Positions 26,760-40,575 are shown, counted from the first letter of the stretch. The stretch: DNA of 64,000 bases from Eledone cirrhosa (GCA_964016885.1 OZ024741.1:342488001-342552000), one strand, 5' to 3'. Numbers and translations are program-made. Notes: generated by a model from the letters alone, not told the origin.

Positions 26760-28824
26760 TAATAATAATAATAATATTAATAATAATAATAATATCCGTT
26801 TACAATTGTTTCGCTACTCCATATAATGTTTCTGGATCAAATGATTATAGATCATTATTGATCTGATTCAGTTGAAAATAATTAACTTAGGTACAATTAG
26901 AGCAGCTCATCGGAACTACGAAAGGAATATAAATTAAAATAAGGAAAGAATGTTACATGAATGTAATGTTCCATATATTGGTATTTCACTATGGTGTCCT
27001 GGGTATATCTATTGTCTGCCATGGTCGAGCAGTATTCTTCTGTCGATGTTGCATTGTGTGAGATCTGCCTATGGGTAACAAGATGGCCGCCAATACCTTA
27101 CCAATTAGAGGGTGGTTTCAGGGGAAGTAACTCCTCGAGAAATTAGAAATTGCGCGTAGTTTATAGTTAAAAGTGCTAATTTTTTAATTTTTTAATTGAG
27201 AGACAATGTACGGGAGGTAACTTATAATTATCTAAGTTAGTTATAACTATTTAACTTATTAGCTATAAGTAAAAATGGGGCTAGATGACTATGTTGGGTC
27301 AAATATTCTGTTGGCGAAGGAATTAACCCTTCGATGTTGACAGCTAATAGTTACCTCCGTTCTATCGTTAATCGGTAGAGGTCGTGATAGAGTTATGTAA
27401 TATGCTTCGGTAAGACAGAGGTCACAAGAATTTCTTCGTCCATTGAACGGTTGGGCCCTAGCCAAGATATCCCATGTTAGTGAGTGTTCAATGTTGGTTA
27501 ATTTAAGGTTTTTAATGAGCCTAGCTAGAGATGTCAAACATCTGTTGTTAGGGTCTCGGAAGGAAAATGAGTGCGCGTTATAGCGTACCTTAAAAGGGTT
27601 AGAGGTAGAGCCGATATAGGAGCTGGTATGCTAAGCAGTTTTAACTGTGCACCTATAAACTATATTGGGTGTCAGGCAATGTCCATTTAGTGGGCATGCA
27701 TTAGGGTAACGGCAGTTGAAGTTACTTCTGCGATTAGTGAGAGTAGGGTTGTTTAAACTATGCGGTCGGTCCATGCTAGAAGGATTAGATGGGGGAGGTG
27801 TGCTACTAGAGTAAGTATTGGTGTAGTGGCGTGGTGTATTTGATGGGGGTGGTGGTACCGCGGCGTGGGAGTTATACTGTTTTAGTTTATGATGGTTACT
27901 GAATGCGATGTGGCTAGCTAGGTTAGGTGTTGTGGAGAATGAGATTTTAATATTGTTTTTATTAAAGAGTTTGTAATATCTATGGTTGAGGGGAAATGTT
28001 TAGATAGGATAGAGAAGAAGTGGCTAGATTAGATGAGAATGGGAGGTTAAGCCAGGTGATATTTCTAGGCCTATTCCTTCTAGGGGTTCTAGTGGAGTTG
28101 GTATGGGCCTTCATGGGGTTATTATTACCTGGGCATTTGTTATTTGTCATCCCATTGCTGATTCCTATTCTAGGGTTGATCTTTAGTTTGCTACTTGGAG
28201 TGGGAAGTAGGCCACTGCCACCATTAAGGTTCCCTGTATAGGTGCTGTTACTGCTAAAATTCCGGCGAATCTGGCTATATGCTAAGGTATTTCTAGTTCT
28301 AGTGTTAAGTTTATTATGGTTGTGGTGAAGTGCTGTGTTATGGCATTTAGGTATATAGTAAATGGATTGTTCATAACCAGATTCAGAAAGAGCCTTATTA
28401 TAATATTCCGCATGGTTTATAAATATCTCCTCATTTGCTGATAGCATGGAGATCCTATACGAGATAGATTTGATTACTGCTCTGATGACTGCCGGTGGGT
28501 GGTTAGAGTGTGGGCTAATATATGTATTTCACCTGGTTTATGATAAGGGTAATATAGGTTATTGTTAAGATCTAGGGTAACGTCTGGGAAGTTTACTACT
28601 TTATGGTTCGGCTCGATGGTGATAGAGAGACCGTTACTTTTAAAGAATCTATGTAATTGTTTTTTGAGCAAGTCAATGCTTCGATTAGTGCAATTGTGGA
28701 CTGCAAATAGGGCGTCGTCCCTATATATTCCGCTTTGGCTTCTAACTAATTCACCAATCTCTCTTCTCCTCTCCTATCTCCTCTCATATCTCCATCTCTC
28801 TCTTTAAGATTGGTTACTCTTGAA

Positions 28825-28827
<3 letters not shown>
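26760..28827 (-). mobile_element. Penelope-like element, degenerate: RT C-half, thumb, C-terminal GIY-YIG, 3' HHR
   Basis: GIYRDD (YRDD at 28714-28725), VVNFPDVTLDL, YYPYHKP, NCR..CPLNGHC..IVY..YIGST..FKVRY..H and CDLCLTE...CQH. Confidence 0.9.
26796..26917 (-). ncRNA. Hammerhead variant with large loop II
   Basis: gtt-CCGATGA-gctgctc[~80 nt]gagtagc-GAAA-caattg-TA-aac. The core carries a U4C change. Confidence 0.65.
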
Positions 28828-28910
<83 letters not shown>

Positions 28911-28912
<2 letters not shown>

Positions 28913-30130
28913 CAAACCCAGGAATAAACCGAAACAGAAACTCTACCATACATCTCCACACACAACCCCCTCAACAATAAGGCATTCGACACGATCCCCT
29001 AGAACATTCCTTTACTAAAAAGAGACCCAAGAATGAATAAAATTCTCCAAACACACAACATCATAAAGAGCAAAAGACAACCTAAATCCATAAAAAACAT
29101 CCTCACATAAGCCAAAATCCAACCAACCCTCACAATGAACCCTACAGTAAAAAAATGTGGAAGGCCCAAACTGTGGTATATGAATAAATCTAATAGAAGG
29201 TTCTACATTCCACTTTAAACAAGGACAACATTTCACAGTTAAATATAACTTTACATGTGCATCTGAAAACCTAATCTATGTTTTGACCTGCTCAGGTTGT
29301 CGAGAGCTCTACATAGGACAGACAAAACACAGCCTCCGACAAGGTATGACCGTCCAAACATCACAAATCAAAATACAGGAATACAGAAAGATTGCTTTTA
29401 TTGAACATATCGCCAACTGTGCACCTAACCAACTACCAAATTTTAGAATTTTCCCCATTTACAAATTCTTAGACAGCGCTTCTTTCATCCATCGTACTAA
29501 TAAGGAAACGTACTAATTAACAAAATCCAACCTCTACTTAATGGACTAAACTTCGGACTAAACTAAAACTGGAACAAACAATGAACCATAGTCCAAAATC
29601 CCTACGTTCTCGAAAGAGTTACCTCTCTTACACCCTACCTAATCCTTTTTCTTATATAAATGAATTACCCCCTCTCCTCTCTTTCTCCTACCTGATCACC
29701 CTGAATTACCTTCCCCTGCATATTAATTCTCTAAAAAGGAAAAAACACACCCAATCACAGACGGCCATGTGCCTCCACCAAGAATCAACTTCTTTAAGCG
29801 ATCTTGCCATAATAACATTTTTTGAACTGCTTATCCTCAAAAACCATGCTTGTAAATAATATTATTCTTTCTTTCCCATTACCTCTCATGTTCCACATCA
29901 CCCTTTTTTTGACTTCAAAAACGTTGTTTGTAAATAATATTATTCTTTCTTTCCCATTTCAACAACATGTTCAACATCACCTTAACCAATACAAATTCCT
30001 CCTTTTTTTCTCTCCCATTCACATAATTTGATAATGCATAAAATGCTGAAACCGGTAATTGATAATTATTAAATAAATAAATCAATCAATAAATCAATGC
30101 TATTGTTAATTAATAAATAAATTAACTAAT
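28911..30130 (+). mobile_element. Neptune-type Penelope-like element, 3' fragment (GIY-YIG, 3' UTR, decayed HHR at ~30023-30062)
   Basis: FTCASENLIYVLTCSGCRELYIGQT...EHIANC. The HHR relic reads ttgataa..GAAA-ccgg-TA. Confidence 0.85.
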
Positions 30131-30243
30131 ACCCTAACACTTCACACAAAGTAAAATATTTTGTTTTAAACATTTTCTAACCTAGAAAAAGAGAAGAAAA
30201 TAAGGAAAAAAAAACCTTTTCTTCCTAATAATCGTTTTTTTCT

Positions 30244-30310
<67 letters not shown>

Positions 30311-31624
30311 TTAAAACAATGAAATAAACATTCAAGTCATTAGGAATATACTTCACTGCTTTACGATCGTTTCTATGTGATAATAATACATCGTACGCAT
30401 ATTTCGTTATCGATCTATGTAAGGTTAGTTACAAAATATCAAATAAGGAATATATTTATCTACGTGTAAATCGTCAGCCGTTGTCAAAAGCAATGAAGAT
30501 CTTATTCAAAATCAATAGTAAATTGAGTTGTATGACCTTATTTGGAGGTAGCTGAAGAACAAACCAATCAAATGGCGTTTTGCCATATGATATTAAGACG
30601 AAATATAACCCACTTTAGTTGAGGTCATGACCTTTTGAAAGGAATGCTTGAATGGTGTTAAAAATAGAATTACTATGAAGAACCTATGAAGAAAAGGGAT
30701 TGTTGTATTGATAGTGGAATGTAGATGGTGGAGTGAAGTTTAAAAAGGAATGTAAAAATTATATGTTGAGTTGTGTTGTATGGAATTTTTAGGTGAATAT
30801 AAATAAATAAATATAAAATATAAGGAAATAACTAGGATAAATATAGATAGGTAAAGTAATGGTCATAACTAGGAAGGATAGTATATTAAAAGATGAAAAA
30901 AATTATAATAAGATAATAAAATATAATAATATAATAATATAATATAATATAGTGCAGTATGGTACATTGTATATGGTATAATATAGCGTATGATGCATCA
31001 TAAAATATAAAATAGTAAATATTTTCAAGTGGGTCTATGTATAAGTAATCAAACCCAGATAAATGCATGTTGACATATAGTCAAAAGGTATAATTTTCTT
31101 AGATCACAAAAGTACATATACTCACATATATAGATAGAGGTATAATTACATAGATACTCCATTAAAAACATACATATGCATACATAGATATATACATATA
31201 CATACATATATACATACATACATACACGCACACATACATATATATATACATACATACATATACATACATATACATACATATATGCATGTACACACACATA
31301 CATGTACATACACATACACACACACACATACACGTATACACACATACATACATATATATATATATATTCTCTTATCATACATACATAGATACATGTATAC
31401 CCATGCAATTACAGGTGGTTATGTACCTTGATGCCCTTAGTCAGTAACGCATGAATCTATGGAAGCTAAACAAATAAAAGGTTAAAAATTTAACAGGAAG
31501 GCGTATAATTGGGAGAAGGAGATAGTAACAAAATGGTACGTCACATTCATAAAGCACTCTCCTTTTCTTTACCTTTCCTACGGAAACACTTAATATATAT
31601 ATATATGTATGTATGTATGTATGT

Positions 31625-31855
31625 ATGCAAAAGGAAAACAATAATAACAAAGCAAACGACACGGTACAACGAAGAAATATATTAGTTTTACCCTTAATAT
31701 TGTAGGAAAAGAGTCTTAAAATTCCGGACGTAAGTCCTTCATCAGGAAATAGAATGAAAAATTAAATAAGAAATCGAAAAATAGAGTGAACAGGGGCAGA
31801 AACGGAAAAAAATTTTCTTTGAGAAAAATACATGTCTGTTCAAGTTGCCATCTAC
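31625..31855 (-). mobile_element. ~220-bp HHR-bearing short element (PLE pLTR/retrozyme-like), copy 1
   Basis: Reverse complement has CTGATGA-aggac ttac gtcc-ggaa. Homologous to 34495-34680 and 60181-60400. Confidence 0.7.
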
Positions 31856-32291
31856 ACACATACACACACACATATATATATACGCACATGTGTGTGTGTG
31901 TCTATGTGAGTATGTACGTGTATGTGTATGCATGTGTATATGTGTGTGCTTGTATGTGTGTGCGTGTGGGTTGTCTATCCGTGTCTGTTTTTATTTTACA
32001 CTGGTCTGAAAACTGTTGTTGTTTTATGACGCTTCCCTTTATATCCCATAACTTATCAATCCAGCATTTGAAATCGATGATCGATCGATAATTTGTGTAT
32101 GAGACTGAAACAAAGAATAAGGTCGATATAATCGACTAAAAAACCCTTGAGGGATCTGCCTCAACTTGGCCGTAGTCCAATAAGTGAAACCTATAAAACT
32201 GTAAAGACCATACAAGTCCCTTGTGACCAGAAAAGAAACAAATTATGATACTGTAAACATGAAAATGTTTGAAATGAGTTATGGTTAATAA

Positions 32292-32477
32292 GATTATAAT
32301 TTTTCGGACTGTTAACCTCAGCTTCAGATATAAAACATTTTTCGATATTTACATCTACACTACGTTTCGATAAGCTTGCTCTCCGAACAAATATAACGAT
32401 CTCCGATTAAAAAGTTGTATATATTGAAAAACCTTTCATCTTTACAGATGTGTTTAGCAGTCCGAAAAATTATAATC
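32292..32477. mobile_element. MITE-like element, 24-bp TIRs
   Basis: gattataatttttcggactgttaa / ttagcagtccgaaaaattataatc. Confidence 0.65.
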
Positions 32478-32524
32478 ACAATGTAGATTTTCCAGAAATT
32501 CTGTTACCTAGTCCCGACTCATAA

Positions 32525-32980
32525 TAGTTTTTAAACTTAGGAACAAGGTTAGTAATTTTGGGTAGAGATAAGTCGATTAAATTGACCCCAGTACTTGACT
32601 GGTACTTTATTTTATCGACCTCTGGAATAAAGAAATGCAAAATTAACCTCGGAGGGATTTGAACTCATTGTAAAGAGTCAGAACAAGTACTGCTAAGTAT
32701 TTCATTCGACTCACTGCCAATCAACCGCCCTCAATCCCGATATATAATGATTTCTAGTATAGGCACAAGGCCAGCAATTTTGGGGGAGGGTAAATTCGAT
32801 TAAATCGACCCCCGTGAATTACTAGTGTTTTATTTTATCGACCTCGTAAGGATGAAAGGCAAAGTTAACCTCGGCGGGATTGGAACTCGGACCGGAAAGG
32901 GCTGTAAATCTATCCTACAAAGTATGATGTCCGACGCTCTACTGAATCTGCCAATTCACTGCCAATTCACTGCCCTAATC
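32525..32980 (-). mobile_element. Two tandem SINEs
   Basis: Both contain the SINE core, B box and tail. Confidence 0.85.
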
Positions 32981-33180
32981 CCGACATATAATAAAGGTTG
33001 TTGTTTAAAATTGAGCAGCAGTTGATCAAACATACATATGACTGAACATACCTATGATGAAAGACAGCCCAGTCTTGGTCATCTTCATTTTACTTCCCAC
33101 TTAACGGCCAGTAAAGGCAATAGTTCCAGTAAACCGCTTGCATAAGTAATACCTTTTTTGCTTAACCTGTGACTCTTGGT

Positions 33181-33274
<94 letters not shown>

Positions 33275-33307
33275 GTATGTTTTGAAACAGCGAGCGAGTT
33301 TGAAATT

Positions 33308-33498
33308 AGAAATAGAAGCTTTTGCCGTATTTTTGACTAAAGAAATTTTAGCCTGATTGTTCTAAAGAGCCCCCAAAGAAATGGAAAAAGATGATCATTT
33401 ACGTAAATACTCATTTTTTCCCATTTCTTTAAGGGTTCTAAACCCCACTATCAGGCTAACATATCTTTAGTAAAAAATACGTCGAAGCTTCTATTTCT
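33308..33498. mobile_element. Foldback MITE
   Basis: About 50-bp outer arms (agaaatagaagctt...ttagcctgat) plus inner aaagaaatgg/ccatttcttt arms. Confidence 0.7.
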
Positions 33499-33659
33499 TA
33501 TATATATATATGCCACTAAAGTTTTAAATCCGCTAGGTTTAACACGCGTCCTCGCGTATGGTTTGCTAATTTGTTGTGGAACTAACTATCTCTATCTATA
33601 TATCTAAATAAACAATCAATTTTTAGAAAATTAAGACAACTTCAGATAGAAGCTAAAGA

Positions 33660-33725
<66 letters not shown>

Positions 33726-34013
33726 TCGATATGACTATCACTACATAAAGATATCAGAGATGTAACTTATAAAATCCTTAAAAGAGAAGTTATTTCTCTT
33801 GATGTTTCTATTTACCTATATTTGTTCACTGAATTACGGTATATGTTAGTCTCGGAAAAGATCCCATTTTATTCCATGCAAACATGATCCCACCAGAGGG
33901 ACCATGTTTACATGGAATACGAAATAAGATAGGATCTCATCCAAGATTAACATATAATTCTGTGAATCATGTTAATCTTGGTAGCCAACATATATTACGT
34001 AATATTTATTACG

Positions 34014-34330
34014 CGGTTAGCTTTGCCTTTCATCCTTACGGGACTGATAAAATAAAGTACCAGTAACGCACTGGAGTCGATTTAAATGACTTTTCCCTTC
34101 CCCCAAAATGTTGGTCTTGTGCCTAAAACAGAAACATTAATTAGCGGTGGATTGGCAGTATCGGTAGAGGGACGGACGCCATGCTTTCCAGCATAGTTAC
34201 GTCCCTTTATGATCTGAGTTCAAATCCCGCCGAGGTTGACTTTGCCTTTCATCCTTACGTGGTCGATAAAATAAAGTACCAGTAATGCACTGGGCAATTG
34301 CTGGCCTTGTGCCTAAAGTAGAAACAATTA
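34014..34330 (+). mobile_element. Two tandem SINEs (first 5'-truncated)
   Basis: SINE motifs on the + strand. Confidence 0.85.
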
Positions 34331-34494
34331 ATTATGTATGATAATTAATAAATATACAGCTCTCCTAATGTTTATAGAGCTCCCTTACCACTTTTTATTA
34401 CCACACACACAAACACTCACACATACATACACAGACACACAAACACGCACACACACACATACACACAGACACACACATATATATATATATGTAT

Positions 34495-34680
34495 GTAAAA
34501 GGTAAACAAAAATAACAACATAGTCGGTACAGTGTATGGAAGGGATATATTAGGTGAAGGCTTGATATAGCAGGAAGAGGGTCTTAACGTTTTGGACCCT
34601 AGTCCTTCATCAGAAGAAGAATGAGAAATAAGATAGATTCAGGGGACGGGCGAGTTGGAATTGGAAAAAAATGTCTGCAC
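34495..34680 (-). mobile_element. HHR-bearing short element, copy 2
   Basis: Reverse complement of 34582-34617 reads tctt-CTGATGA-aggac tagg gtcc-aaaa-cgtt-aaga. Confidence 0.7.
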
Positions 34681-34798
34681 ATATATATATATGTATATAT
34701 ATCTATGTATATATACATGCATGTATATATACATATACATATATATATTCATGCATACACACACACATACTCTCTTTCTCTCACACATACACAAACAT

Positions 34799-34830
<32 letters not shown>

Positions 34831-34904
34831 TGGGTCGTCAAATATGAAATTTGTAGGAAAAAAAAAGAACACATTTCTACAAATTTCATACTTGACGACC
34901 CAAT

Positions 34905-36995
34905 AGGTGTATGTGTGTGTGTGTGTGTGTCTGTCTGTGTATGTGTGTGCAGGTGTGTGTGTCTGTATATGTGTATGTGCGTATGTATATGTGTGTATAT
35001 GTGTGTGAGTGTGTATGTGTGTGTATATGTATGTCTGTATTTGTGTCTATGTATGTGTGTATGTGTGTGTCTGAGTGTATGTGTGTATCTGTATTTGTGT
35101 GTATGTGTGTGTCTGTGTGTATGTGTATGTCTGTATTTGTGTGTATGTATGTGTGTATGTGTATGTATGTGTATGTGTGTGTATATGTGTGTATATGTTG
35201 TATGTATGTGTATGTGTGTGTGTATGTGTGTGTGTATGTGTGTGTATATGTATGTATGTATGTATGTGTGTATGTGTGTGTATATGTATGTATGTGTATG
35301 TATGTGTGTGTATGTGTGTGTGTATGTGTGTGTGTATGTGTGTGTGTATGTGTGCATGTATGTATGTATGTATGTGTGTATGTGTGTATGTATGTATGTA
35401 TGTATGTGTGTATGTATGTATGTATGTATGTGTATGTATGTGTGTATGTGTGTGTGTATGTGTGCATGTATGTATGTGTGTATGTAAGTGTGTATGTGTA
35501 TGTATGTGTATGTACATGTAGGTTTATTTTCCGTGCAGAAATTTCTCCAGCGCTGTTGACGCGAGTTGGTTGATATCCGTTCAACGAAGAACGGATGTAG
35601 ACTTTAATCAATAAAGGCTGCAAGTTTTCATCCAGACGTCATTGATTCTAAGAGATTTCCTCCTCATAAAAGCCAAGCCCATCTCCTGTATTCTTTTGAA
35701 TGTTCTACATTTCTTCAACACCATCACATCGTTTTATTAAATGTCTTTCACGCGAAGAGAAGAAAGTTTCGCGAATGCTGGAAACGAAAATATAGTCTAA
35801 AACGTTGTTATAGCTTTATTAGTTCTTATTTTTTGGGGGTTGTGTGTGTGTGTGTGTGTGTGTTTGTGTGTGTATGTGTGAGTGTGTGTGTATGTGTGTG
35901 TGTGTGTGAGTGTATGTATGAGTATGTGTGTGTGAGTGTGTTTGAGTGAGAGTGTATGTGTGTGACTGTGTGTATGTGTGAGAGTGTGTGTGTGTATGAG
36001 TATGTGTGTGTGTGAGTGTGTGTGTGAGTGTATGTGTATGTGTGTGTGTGAGTGTGTGTATGTGTATGTGTGAGTGTGTGTGTATGTGACTGTGTGTGTA
36101 AGTGTCTGTGAGTGTGTGTGTATGAGTATGTGTGTGTGTGTGTGTGTGTATGTGTCTGTGAGTGTGTATGTGTGTGTGAGTGTGTATGTATGTGTGTGTG
36201 TTTGAGTGAGTGTGAATGTGTGAGTGTGTGTATGTGTGTATGTGTATGTGTGAGTGTGTGTGTGTGTGTCCGTTAGTGTGTGTGTATGAGTATGTGTGTG
36301 TGTGAGCGTGTGTGAGTGAGTGTGCATGTATGTGTGTGTGTGTTTGAGTGAGTGTGTATGTGTGTGAGTGTGTGTATGTGTATGTGTGAGTGTGTGTGTA
36401 TGTGTGCGAGTGTGTGAGCATGTGTGTGAATGTGTGTGTATGAGTATGTGTGTGTGTGTGTGAGTGTGTGTGTCTGTGAGTGTGTGTGTATGTATGTGTG
36501 TGTTTGAGTGAGTGTGTATGTGTGTGAGTCTGTAATGTGTATGTGAGAGTGTGTGTGTATGTGTGTGTGAGTGTGTAAGCATGTGTGAGTGCGTGTATAT
36601 GAGTATGTATGTGTGTGTGAGAGTCTGTGTGTATGTGTCTGTTAGTGTGTGTGTATGAGTATGTGTGTGTGTGTTTGAGTGAGTGTCTATGTGTGAGTAT
36701 GTGTATGTGTATGTGTGAGTGTGTGTGTATGTGTATGTGTGTGAGTGTGTGTGTATGAGTATGTGTGTGTGCATGTGTGTGAGTGTGTGTGAGTGTGTGA
36801 GTGTGTGTGAGTGGGTGTGTATATATGTGTGCGTGTGTGTGTTTGAGTGTGTGTGTGTGCATGTGTGTATGTGTATGTGTGAGTGTGTGTGTGTGTATGT
36901 GTCTATGAGTGTGTGTGTATAAGTATGTGTGTGTGTGTGAGTGTGTGTATGTATGTGTGTGTATGTGTGTATGTGTGTGTGTGTGTGTATGTGAT
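34905..36995. repeat. (TG)/(TATG)/(TGAG) mosaics flanking a unique island at ~35520-35830
   Basis: Seen directly in the sequence. Confidence 0.9.
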
Positions 36996-37259
36996 GGATG
37001 GGGATGGGCTTGGGTAGGTGGGTGAAGCAAAACGAAATACCACCAGAACATTCACCCAACCACAAACTCACCACTGTAAGCAACAACAACAGCAACAACA
37101 GTAACAACATCAACAACAACAGCAACAACAGCAACAACAGTAACAATAACAACGATAGAACCAACGAACAACAACAACAGCAGCAAATATTCCAAACATC
37201 AGTAGTAGATCCATCATCATCATCATCAGCATCGTATTACCAAATATAAAAGCAGCAGC

Positions 37260-38700
37260 AGCAGCACCACTACCACCACCACCACCATCACCGCCACCAT
37301 CGCCACCATCACCACCTCTACCACCAGCAACAACAACAACAACAACAACACCTATACCCTACGACCACCACCACCACCGTCACCACCACCATCACCACCA
37401 CCATCACCAACAACAACACCTCTACCACCACCACCACCACCACCACCACCACCACCACCAACAACAACACCTCTATCACCACCATCACCAAGAACAACAC
37501 CTCTACCACCACCACCACCACCACCACCACCATCACCAACAACAACACCTCTATCATCACCACCCTGCCACCACCACCACCACCACCGCCACCACCACCC
37601 GCACCACCATCACCACCACCACCAACCACACCTCTACCACCACCACCACCAACAACAACAACACCTCTACCATCACCACCCTGCCACCACCACCACCACC
37701 ACCACCATCGCCACCACCACCCGCACCACCATCACCACCACCACCAACCACACCTCTACCACCACCAATACCACCACCACCATCACCAACAACACATCTA
37801 CCATCACCACCACCGCCACCACCACCACCACCACCACCACCACCACCACCACCACCACCATCACCTCTACCACCACCACCACCACCACCACCACCACCAC
37901 CACCACCACCACCACCACCACCACCATCACCGCCACCATCGCCACCATCACCACCTCTACCACCAGCAACAACAACAACAACAACAACACCTATACCCTA
38001 CGACCACCACCACCACCGTCACCACCACCATCACCACCACCATCACCAACAACAACACCTCTACCACCACCACCACCACCACCACCACCACCACCACCAC
38101 CAACAACAACACCTCTATCACCACCATCACCAAGAACAACACCTCTACCACCACCACCACCACCACCACCACCATCACCAACAACAACACCTCTATCATC
38201 ACCACCCTGCCACCACCACCACCACCACCGCCACCACCACCCGCACCACCATCACCACCACCACCAACCACACCTCTACCACCACCACCACCAACAACAA
38301 CAACACCTCTACCATCACCACCCTGCCACCACCACCACCACCACCACCATCGCCACCACCACCCGCACCACCATCACCACCACCACCAACCACACCTCTA
38401 CCACCACCAATACCACCACCACCATCACCAACAACACATCTACCATCACCACCACCGCCACCACCACCACCACCACCACCACCACCACCACCACCACCAC
38501 CATCACCTCTACCACCACCACCACCACCACCACCACCACCACCACCACCACCACCACCACCACCACCACCACCACCACCACCACCACCACCACCACCACC
38601 ACCACCACCTTCACCACCACCAGTTCCACCACCACGACCACCACCAGCTCCACCACCACCACTACTACTACCTCCATCACTATTATCACCACCACCAGTA
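37260..38700. repeat. (ACC)n mosaic containing a ~640-bp tandem duplication
   Basis: Units start at 37284 and 37923 and give near-identical translated ORFs (37318-37629 vs 37957-38271). Confidence 0.92.
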
Positions 38701-38984
38701 CATCACGACCACTGCCACACTCATCATCGATACGTCCCTCTAGGACAGAGGTTTGAGATAAACAAAGTCTCATCTCTTCATCAACAGAAAGAAGCTTTCC
38801 CTTTTTTTGGGTTTTTGATATTTTCAGAAGTGACAATCCTCGTTCACAGCAATGCGCCCTAATGCAAAGAAGGTCCAGAGAGGGTTAAAAGGAGATAACC
38901 GCAGATTCGAAGTCAGAACATTATCAGTGATAACTCTTTCCTCTAATTTGTGGACCCTAGTTACTATACTCGTAATACTTGATA

Positions 38985-39172
38985 TAATTGTTTCTACTTT
39001 TGGCACAAGACCAGCAATTACCCTAGTGTATTACTGGTAATTTATTTTATCGACCCAGTAAGGATGAAGAGCAAAGTTAACCTCGGCGAGATTTGAACTC
39101 AGACTGTAAAGGACCGTAACTCTATGCTGCAAAGTATGGCGTCTGACCCTCTACCGATACTGCTAATCCCAT
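38985..39172 (-). mobile_element. SINE (short form)
   Basis: Full SINE motif set. Confidence 0.85.
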
Positions 39173-40264
39173 AATAATATCTTAAGTTTTTAAATTATAT
39201 TTTTTTTTTGTATATAACTTTTTTGAAACTATTTCTAAATCTTTGATTGTCTTTTAATCATTCCACCTCACCTGATATCTTCTCCCGCCGCACATATGAG
39301 GCGCACCGCATCGTTTAGGAGCCACTTCTCTAGGATGTTGGTGTGGTGGTTCTGGTTCTGGACCCTGATAACACATATACATACACAACATACAGAAAAT
39401 AGCATTATTGTCCACTGCACTCACATATTTCATGACATACTGTCAATACAATAGACAAGACAAAAACAAAACCAATCGCCGCATGTATCGAAGACACACA
39501 CCACCACGCTCATTTGTATAGAGAAATCATACAATCAAAATAACATTACTGAAAACCAAACACCATCGATAATAACGACAAGCAGCTCTACTTAATAGCT
39601 TCGAATGTTATCAATTAAATTCGTTTAGATTATAACAAAAACAAAAACAACAACAACAGCACACAAAACAAAACAATAAAGAACGACAAAAATGCTGAAA
39701 CAAATCCTTGTAATTAAAGCATTAATCTATTTTCTGAATTTTATTGTTATTTTCGTCATATAAATTGTTGTATTGCTAATGTTTGCACTATTCGCCGATT
39801 GGCTACCACATATAGAAATACTGATAGAGCAAAAACCAAATCAACACCTGATCAATTTAAACCCCTCATACACCACGAAATGTGATCAACAATAGAAAGA
39901 AAATCTCTAACTTTTGGCTGCGTATTTTGAATTTGATGCATAAAACGTACAAAAAAAAAGACAAAAACAAAAACAAATAAAAAATGGAGCGTAGAAAATT
40001 CGGCGTTGTAAGAAGCGAATAAAAGCAATGCCTAATAAAAATGAAGACTGTCTAAATAAAGAGACGGATTTATTCTTTGGATTTCGCCAATAAAATAGTT
40101 ATAAATGAACTCCAGTGGAACGTTTCCATGATTCATGCATGTTTAAAGTTACATGCTAACAAAAAAAAAACAAAAAAAAAAACGGCAAGACTGCCAAAAA
40201 ACAACAACAACTACCTCTTATCCACATCTAAAATTAGCTCTGTAGGCTAAAAGATACTGTTACT

Positions 40265-40575
40265 TATTATGGCCTGTAACCTCTGATAGAGTCGTAGGGG
40301 CGCCATAAAGACATACAGCGTTTCTTGGCCATTTTAAAATCTGGCGGAGTCCATCTCTTCTCCAGGTCTGAACAGGGCAGATATTTTCCAGAGAATGAGT
40401 GATAGAGAAGAAGTGAGAAAGAGATATAAAGGAAGAATTGTTACTTTTTTATCGACATTGAAATGGATGAAAGGCAAAGTTGACCTCGGTTGCATTTGAA
40501 CTCATAGAACAGAGAACCAAAACGAATACCGCAAAGCTTCTATCCGATGTTCTAACGACTCTGCCAATAAGCGAC
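40265..40575 (-). mobile_element. SINE, long-tail subfamily
   Basis: Head, B box and core plus the long alternative tail. Confidence 0.7.
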
